Part shown: positions 56,730-64,000 of the stretch, one piece after another
Position numbering within the stretch: the first letter of the stretch is position 1
Layout of the letters: each line of letters begins with the position of its first letter
Source of the DNA: Paramecium tetraurelia
Taxonomy: Eukaryota
Length of the DNA: 64,000 nt
NCBI GenBank assembly: GCA_000165425.1
Contig: CT868319.1
Coordinates: forward strand, 62,001 to 126,000
Direction: 5' to 3'
Notes under the pieces: model-generated
The model's input: the letters and a program-made list of their open reading frames with translations, nothing else
Told to the model about the DNA's origin: nothing
Databases searched by the model: none
Translations under genes and position numbers: made by a program

Positions 56730-59700
56730 TCATTTTTTATTAAATGTTTAATAATTCATTTCTATGTTTAAATCCTTTGCATTTTATTAACTGTTATCTT
56801 AGATATACTTTTTTTTACAGAGTAATCGAAGAATAAGAATTATGATTGAAAGCAATATAAACAATGCAATTATATAGTATATTATCTGAATCCCTCCCTC
56901 TTAAATTTACCTATCTTCTAGAATCAATTCAGTAGTAGGAAAAGGATATGTGAGTTCATATTATTGAATCCCATAATCTATTTCTACTTTGCCAACTATA
57001 CTTAGATAAATTTTAGATGAATCTGCAATCATTTTTACCTAAGTTGTCTGTTCTTAAGATGATTATTGTACAATTTTAAGATATTGTTAATCGTTAGTTG
57101 TTCCATTTTGGTATGAATCATAAATACAAAACATCTCATCTTGTTAGTATGTTTAAACAATAAAGTAGATTGTAAATTTATCTTAGATTTAAAATTATTA
57201 ATCTTTTATTAAGTTTGGAATCTCAATAATTACTTCATTTGATACAAAATTCCAATTCAAGGAAGCATTCCCAAACCCAAAGGCTGTATAAGGTATTGGG
57301 TCAATTCTACGAAATATCTAGTGTCTAATATAAAAATTGGATATTCGATTCTGATTTTCATCTTTGACTTAACTCGAAATCAATTTAACTAAGAAATAAT
57401 AGATTCCTCCTTCTAGATAAAGGTTAGCATTGAAATATTATTATGGTTTACTCATTACTTGCATTTCAAAAATCTGTTTATTCAAATTAGAGGAATGTTA
57501 TGTTCCTTGAATTAAAACAGTGCCTCTGCAGGTGAATACTTCTATTTGCAACGTAGCATTACTATCGACAAATATTTGGTAAAAGTTAGGCTATCCTACT
57601 TTAGTGATTTAATATTATGGAACGCCTTCCATCAAGCTATTGATATCATCATCTGATAAGAGTACCCTTAGGTGTGAATCGTGTGGTTATGGAGCAATAT
57701 TTAGATCATACTTACCAAATGCTTCATATAATTTATAATAGATTCCTCTCTTAAATTTTATTACAGATTGCACTATTGGGTTTACACTTGAATGATTAAT
57801 TGAAATGTTATATTGTTCAATAGGGAAGAAGGGAGTCGAAATTTACAATGTTAGCAACTTTGAAGATGAATTTGCATCGTATAATGTCGATAAAGATTAA
57901 TAGCGTAATTGATATTATTCTTACATACCCAATTATAGATTTAATATCTTACCCAAAAAAAGAGTATGTATTTTTTAAGTCTTTCGGCTTATTAATATTT
58001 AAAAACTTACTTTAGGTGTCAGACATTCAATTTTTATAAAAAATGTTTCAAATTTATCTGCATACTTATTAAATTCAATAGTTGTCCTACTTTAAACGAT
58101 TTCTACATATTCCGAATAATTATTATGATTTTCTTTAACAGTAACTTAAAATTACCCAAAAATATCACTGAACTTGATAAAAAATTATTTTTAAGATTTA
58201 AATATGTATTCGACAATCTCGTTTTATTTCATGACTTCAAATTGAGGTATATTTTCATATAACTCATATAACTAATTTACTTATTAATTTTGTTAGATTT
58301 AAACAGCTCCTTAAGTCAGTTAGTCCAAATTAATAAGCTTAATTAGATATTAACATTATTCTTAAGAACAAGCATCAAATTTATACAATTTATATTCTTA
58401 AACAATATCATCCAAAATGAAGGATCCTGTAAAGTCAAGTGTGTGTATTCGAGTATGGAAAAGCTAAACTCTGATTTAGAGTCTGCCAGTAAACAATGCT
58501 AGTGTAATTTTAAATGCCGACAGTTGTTTATAGAGATATATAGTTGGGAGACCTGCTTCTGATATGTCTAGAGGGAGAATTCCAGACGGAAAGAGTACAA
58601 ATTCTATGGTTTCTGCTTAATAACTTAATTGAAATTCGCAATCCTCTTCCCCCTGTATGCCTATTATATAGTAATCTTATGCAAAATAGTTTTATTTAGC
58701 TTGAAAGATATAGAATTAATCAATCAATAATTATATTTATATGGAGTTATTTAAAATGTTTGGTCTACTATTCTTATCTTATTGGAAAAGCACCACTATG
58801 GAATTTTGTCTTCCTAATACTTGAACTTTAATAATTATTGATTTGACGTTCTAATCTATCTTCAACATATAGTATTTTATTTATCCTAATCCCACTTTAT
58901 CTTGTATTTTATCTATTGGAGTTATAGTCTTAACTGTTTCATAAACTCCAATTGAATATTTATCATCTTCAATATGCTTATCGTAGGGTTGAACTTAAAT
59001 ATACAAAATATATTCTTGGTTATTCTCTGGAATTATGATTGTTTGATACGAATTACTATTATATTATTAAGATCTAAACTATTCTTATTAGTAGATGGAG
59101 TTATTGAGGTAGCCCAAATAAGCTAGTAACTCGGCCTGACTACCGCCATAGGAGAACCATTATACTGACACTTCCTTTTCACTTAAGATATAATAGAACA
59201 GCATTTGTTATTTGAAGTTTAGAATCAAAGGACATCCTTCATGCAATTAGATCTTATGATATAGGTATTGAGAAGTGATAGTGTAGAAGAGGAGTCCCTT
59301 CGCTGAAGTAACAGACATATATATAAAACATTTGGACTTTTTCAGATCTTAACAACTACGACATCTTAGTTCTTATTGAGGTATTGTCAAAGTTGAATCA
59401 GTAAAAACATAAGTGTTTAAGTTCTCTTTTGGATATGTATTGGTTTGATTTAAAGATATATAGATGATCAAATTATTTATTTCGTTGTCTATGTAAATAT
59501 CCTTAGTGAAAAGTTAGTCTCTCTCCGACATCGGCAATTTATAATACTTAACTTAATTTTCATTTACAGAATCAATTATCTTTTCACCAAAATCATAATA
59601 TTGAATTTTTTAATGTAATGTGTACTCTATTACAAATTCTCCTTCAGAATTCAAACGTTAAACACCTATATAATAAGTACTTGCCTAATTATCCTTGTCT

Positions 59701-61018
59701 ATATTTATGTCAATTTGTATAGAGTCCTTCCATTCAAATGAATTACTATCTGGTATCTCAGCTTTGGATGATTTTGCTTTTACATACATCATGAAATCAC
59801 CCATATTACTTGATAGATAAATAGAGAAGTTGGCTTAAATTTCCAATTAAATTTTAAAGAAACTATAGAGTTCTTATTATTAATGCAAATGAAAAATTCC
59901 GTTTGATAATTAAATGAATTGAGTTTGTTGAATAGTCTATTTTCTTTCCACTGTTACATTTATGTGGTATTTACAGAAAGATATTCCATATACGCTCAAA
60001 AAATGGGCTGAAGTTTGGTTAGTTGTTATTTGATGATTGCCTTCAAATTCATAATCCCTCTAACTGGGAAATTTGTTTTATGAACTTGCGTAGAGTATGC
60101 AGTTACCAGTTATTTAGCTTAATTGAAATTTTATCTTTTTTATATTTGTTAAATCAGATGTGTTATAGATATAGTAGATCGATGATCCTTGATCCACTTG
60201 AAATAAATCATAATGACCTTCTTTTAATTTGATATGAGATTGTTGGTTAAATATTATTATTCTAAAGAATTATTTAAATTCACTTAATAAACCTAGCACA
60301 TAATAACCGAATAGATTAACAGAGTTCCTAAATGTATAGGTTTCTTTTTCGATAAATATTCCATATTGTGTATTTTTATAATCAAGCTATGTAATGAAGC
60401 ATTGCTCCCTAGAACACTTTTTAAGATATTTTAATGTTGTATCTGCTTAAATTTCTATAGTAATCTCCTCTTGAAAATAAGTTGGTTGTAGCTTGAACTA
60501 ATAAATCTCTTTAGGTTACAATTCTCCACTTTATTTAATCAAAGTATAATTACATCAGAGGAAGGTTGTATTCTAAAGAATGAATTCCATCCAAAGGATA
60601 AACTATAAATTCGTAGTTGGAAGATGATTCTGAAAGAATTGCTATATAGAAAAGAAGATCTGAACACTCTCTAAAATTTCTTTCTAAATATGAGATATTT
60701 AGTTAAAAAGTGTATTCGAATTGCCATTAATATTAATCTAAGAATGTTGGGTGTCTATTGAAAATCAATAAGATTTTTACGTGTCACAATTAATATAGAC
60801 TTTTAGGGTCTCCTAATGTGAAAATAGAGATAAGGCTAGTTATTGATGCTTCAAATCATCTCTATTGGCAACCTTCAATCTATATACCTTATTAGCAAAT
60901 TGAAATGTGTTGTCTTGAACAATTTCATTTAAGTTGATTTCCCTCACTCACACAATAATAATATAGGATTACATGTTTCTTGAGTGAATATCACACAAAT
61001 CATCATCAACATAATCAT
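56730..61018 (-). CDS. Large type-I membrane/surface protein (~1350-1400 aa)
   Basis: Signal-like MIMLMMICVIFTQE, long beta/aromatic-rich ectodomain, one TM (YYIIALFILLSIIILILRLLC) followed by KKK and a short tail ..EMNYQTFNKK*. Interior exons not fully traced. Confidence 0.65.
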
Positions 61019-61087
61019 GTTAATTTTAATAAATTAAAAGGTTTTTGTACGAGATGATTTGCAAATGTAATGATATGCTCCTAACTA

Positions 61088-63232
61088 ATGCTAGTCTTGC
61101 GAAAGATAGATATGTTTGGCCAGCCAGTCTCACTTAAATTTAATGGTCATTCTAAGCACCAGACTGAAGTAGGGGGCATCGCTTCTATTGCTACTATAAC
61201 AGTAGTATTTCTCTTCTTCTCTTCGAATATACTCAGCTTTATTAATAAAGGCGAATTGTCAGCAATAGTTGTGAATAATTTCGAGGAAACCCCTGAGATT
61301 ATATCACTTACTGGTGAAAGAACATTTGCAGTCGGCTTTGATAATATCACTTAGGCATAGTACTTCAATATTACTTTACAATAAATGTATGATAGACCTT
61401 AATATCTACTTAGAACAATCGAAAATCAAATTGTTACAAATGCAACTCTAATTCCCATTGGAAAATGTTTACCTGAGCATTTTTAATTAGCAAATGGGAA
61501 TACTCTCTAAAATTACTTGAAAGATCACTTTTTCTGTTTGGAGTACTTATTTAAGTAATAAAATTAGATAAAATTAACAATTATACTTCGGATAAAATCA
61601 GTCTAGTAAATTATATTATTTAATTTAAGAAAAGTATGAAGTTCATTTAATAATATCAAAATGTTAAAATAATTAATCAGTTTGTATTCCTGATCAATAA
61701 TTAGATGGTTAAGTTTTTAATGTTTAGTTGATATTCCAAAATCAAGTAAGAACGCCTTTATTCTTAGGTTGTCAATCCAATGGATGTCTCAGAATAATAC
61801 ATTTAAACCTATTTAGATGACACTTACTCAATCAAATTCGTACCCAACACATTATCAAAAGAGCAGGAACTTCTAATCACATAGTATGATCTGAATAATG
61901 ACGACAGTCTCATCTATTAGAATGTCCATAAAAGCTAGGCTTATGCAGTAGATTCCAGAGATTCCAAATAAATTGTTAACATTGACAACGATGTCTATGC
62001 CTCATTCATATTCAAAAAGAATAAACTCAAATACACAGTCAATAGATCATACTAAAAAATTACTGATCTACTTGCTCGTTTAGGAGGATTCCTTAAGATT
62101 TCTTTCTTCATTTTGGGATTTGTTATTCAAATCTATAATAGATTGTAATGTATACTTGTGACATGATTAATTAGTGTATCTCATTTTAGCGAATAAGATC
62201 TATGAATTTTCATTTGATTCTGTCAAAGAGAGAGAATTTCAAGAAAAGTAATTTGAAGCCTTGAACTCTGCCATTCAATCCAAAATGTCTAAGACCAACA
62301 TCCAAAACATCAATGAAGAAGGCAGTTAACAAAAATTGCCAATCAGTCGAGTAATGCAGAAAAGCAATTCTATCAAATCAAAATAGAATTCATATTCTCT
62401 TCTCCCCTTCTCCAGTTAGCATATACCTGTTTATAGTAATGAAACCAATAAAAAATAAATTATCACTGAGGAGGAATGCATCATTTCAGCAAATCTCATT
62501 GATCACCATATCCATTTGGCTAAGAAATTCAACTGTTTAAGTGGTTTGGATTATTTCCAAAAATAAATTAATTAAATAATCAATAGATCTCAACCTTTAA
62601 ACTTAACAATTAGGATCTTCTTGAATCATTTATGTTGCTCAAAATTATTTAATTCAAACATAAATGTAAAATTATATAGAAAATCTATGAAAGAAATTTC
62701 TAATCATCTTGATGTCTATTATATTCTATAGAAATTAGAAGAATTAAATAAACTTAAGACTATTTTACTTAGTCCTTAATAACTCTTAGTATTTAATTTT
62801 ACTCCCAAATAAATGATTGCTCCTGATAAAACTGAATTAAAATTCAACAGAAATTTCTTAGAGGAAAAAGCCAGAATCAGACATACTACTCTTTTTAGTG
62901 AACCCCAAAATTCTATTACTGCTGCAGTTCTTCAACACAAAAAGAGACCCAGTCAAGAAAATGAGAATCTAATTTACTAACGGATTTATAATGCATATGA
63001 TGATATTTTGAAATAATATGAAGGCGAAAGCCCCAAATAGGATCAAGATATTAATAAATAGTTAATTGAAAAATTGGGTGCAGAACTCAAATCAATCTTT
63101 AGAGCATCCAAAATGATAGACTTCCAGTAACTTCAATCCTCAAAACAACCGAGAAAAGTTAATAGAAGACATGCATAAATTGATAACGAAATTCAAGTAA
63201 CTAAAATGATGTAGTAGTTTTATTAATAATGA
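61088..63232 (+). CDS. Ciliate two-TM membrane protein of the DxFG...GG / RxY.K...LGG type (putative channel-like)
   Basis: IDMFGQPVSLKFNG..HQTEVGG then TM1; Cys-containing loop; RSYQKITDLLARLGG then TM2; LDVYYILQKLEELNKLKTILLSPQQLLVFNFTPK; several tiny introns. Confidence 0.75.
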
Positions 63233-64000
63233 TAATTTTTGAGTCTTTCTATAAATAAATTATTTACCTTAATACTTAAGAGTTAGATTTAAATAAATCT
63301 TTAAAATTGATAACAATTTAATTTAAACTTTTCTAATTGACTTTCTTAAAATTTAATAGTGGAGAGTATCCAAAGAATCTAAATCATTTTTCTGAAGAAT
63401 AGAGTGATATTCAAAATAGAAATCTTTAATTTATTTGGTTTTAATTTTTCATAATATGAAATTTAACTCTCTTTTAGACAGTCCCTTCCAAATTTTATTG
63501 AAAAAAAGAAATATAAATTCTATTCCACTACTCCACCCCACCAAGCAATTTTCATTTATATAACAAATACTAAACTTTTCTCTATTAAATTATCGAATTT
63601 TTTGAGCTTCTTAAATATTTTCAATTGTTCACTTAATGTATCCCCTCTGCTTTTCAATAATTAGTCATTTTTATAGTAATACACTATAAAATTATTAAAT
63701 AAAAGACTTTTATAGGAGAGAAAAAAGAAGTTTAACCAATATACTCTAAAAAAGAGCATTTAAAAAAACTACAGATTACTATGATCTGAACATTTCTTCA
63801 TAAATACCTTAACTTCATTTATAATTCAGATTTGATGTATTCAATTTCAAATATTCATCTATCTATACTGTTAAAAACTAAAAATAAAATGAAAATCTAA
63901 TTTTTGCACATCCGGCTTCAAAAGATGTTCTAATATTATTATTGACATATCTGAGATATGAGGAGGACAATAATGTAGTTACAACATAATTACAGACAAT

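Overview
Eukaryotic, gene-dense, AT-rich ciliate DNA, most likely Paramecium macronuclear genome. Only TGA acts as a stop: TAA/TAG fall at Gln positions inside conserved proteins (H2B, BiP, Pol alpha). Genes carry tiny GT..AG introns of about 21-29 nt, so the supplied standard-code ORF track shows only fragments. Manual re-translation with the ciliate code gives about 35 genes, often with very short spacers. Recognisable ones: BiP/Hsp70 (one apparent +1 frameshift), three-repeat Myb, DNA polymerase alpha, histone H2B, T/K/L-type cyclin, divergent DEAD-box protein, adenylosuccinate lyase, cytochrome b5 reductase, TDY-type MAPK, U2SURP/SR140, an apparently decaying RRP45 copy and mitochondrial FAD-G3PDH. 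Most interesting: (1) a ~1900-aa GH13 amylase-like + GT5 glucan synthase + CBM48 fusion; (2) a tandem pair of 6TM-PAS-like pseudo-histidine-kinase receptors sharing a near-identical central tract; (3) a FYVE-pseudoTBC-coiled-coil-CaaX protein; (4) proteins with unnamed tandem domains; (5) HSE/UPRE-like and E2F-like motifs next to the genes expected to use them. No rRNA, tRNA, CRISPR, telomere or transposon was recognised. All gene models are hand-built, so boundaries may be off by an exon or a few codons.
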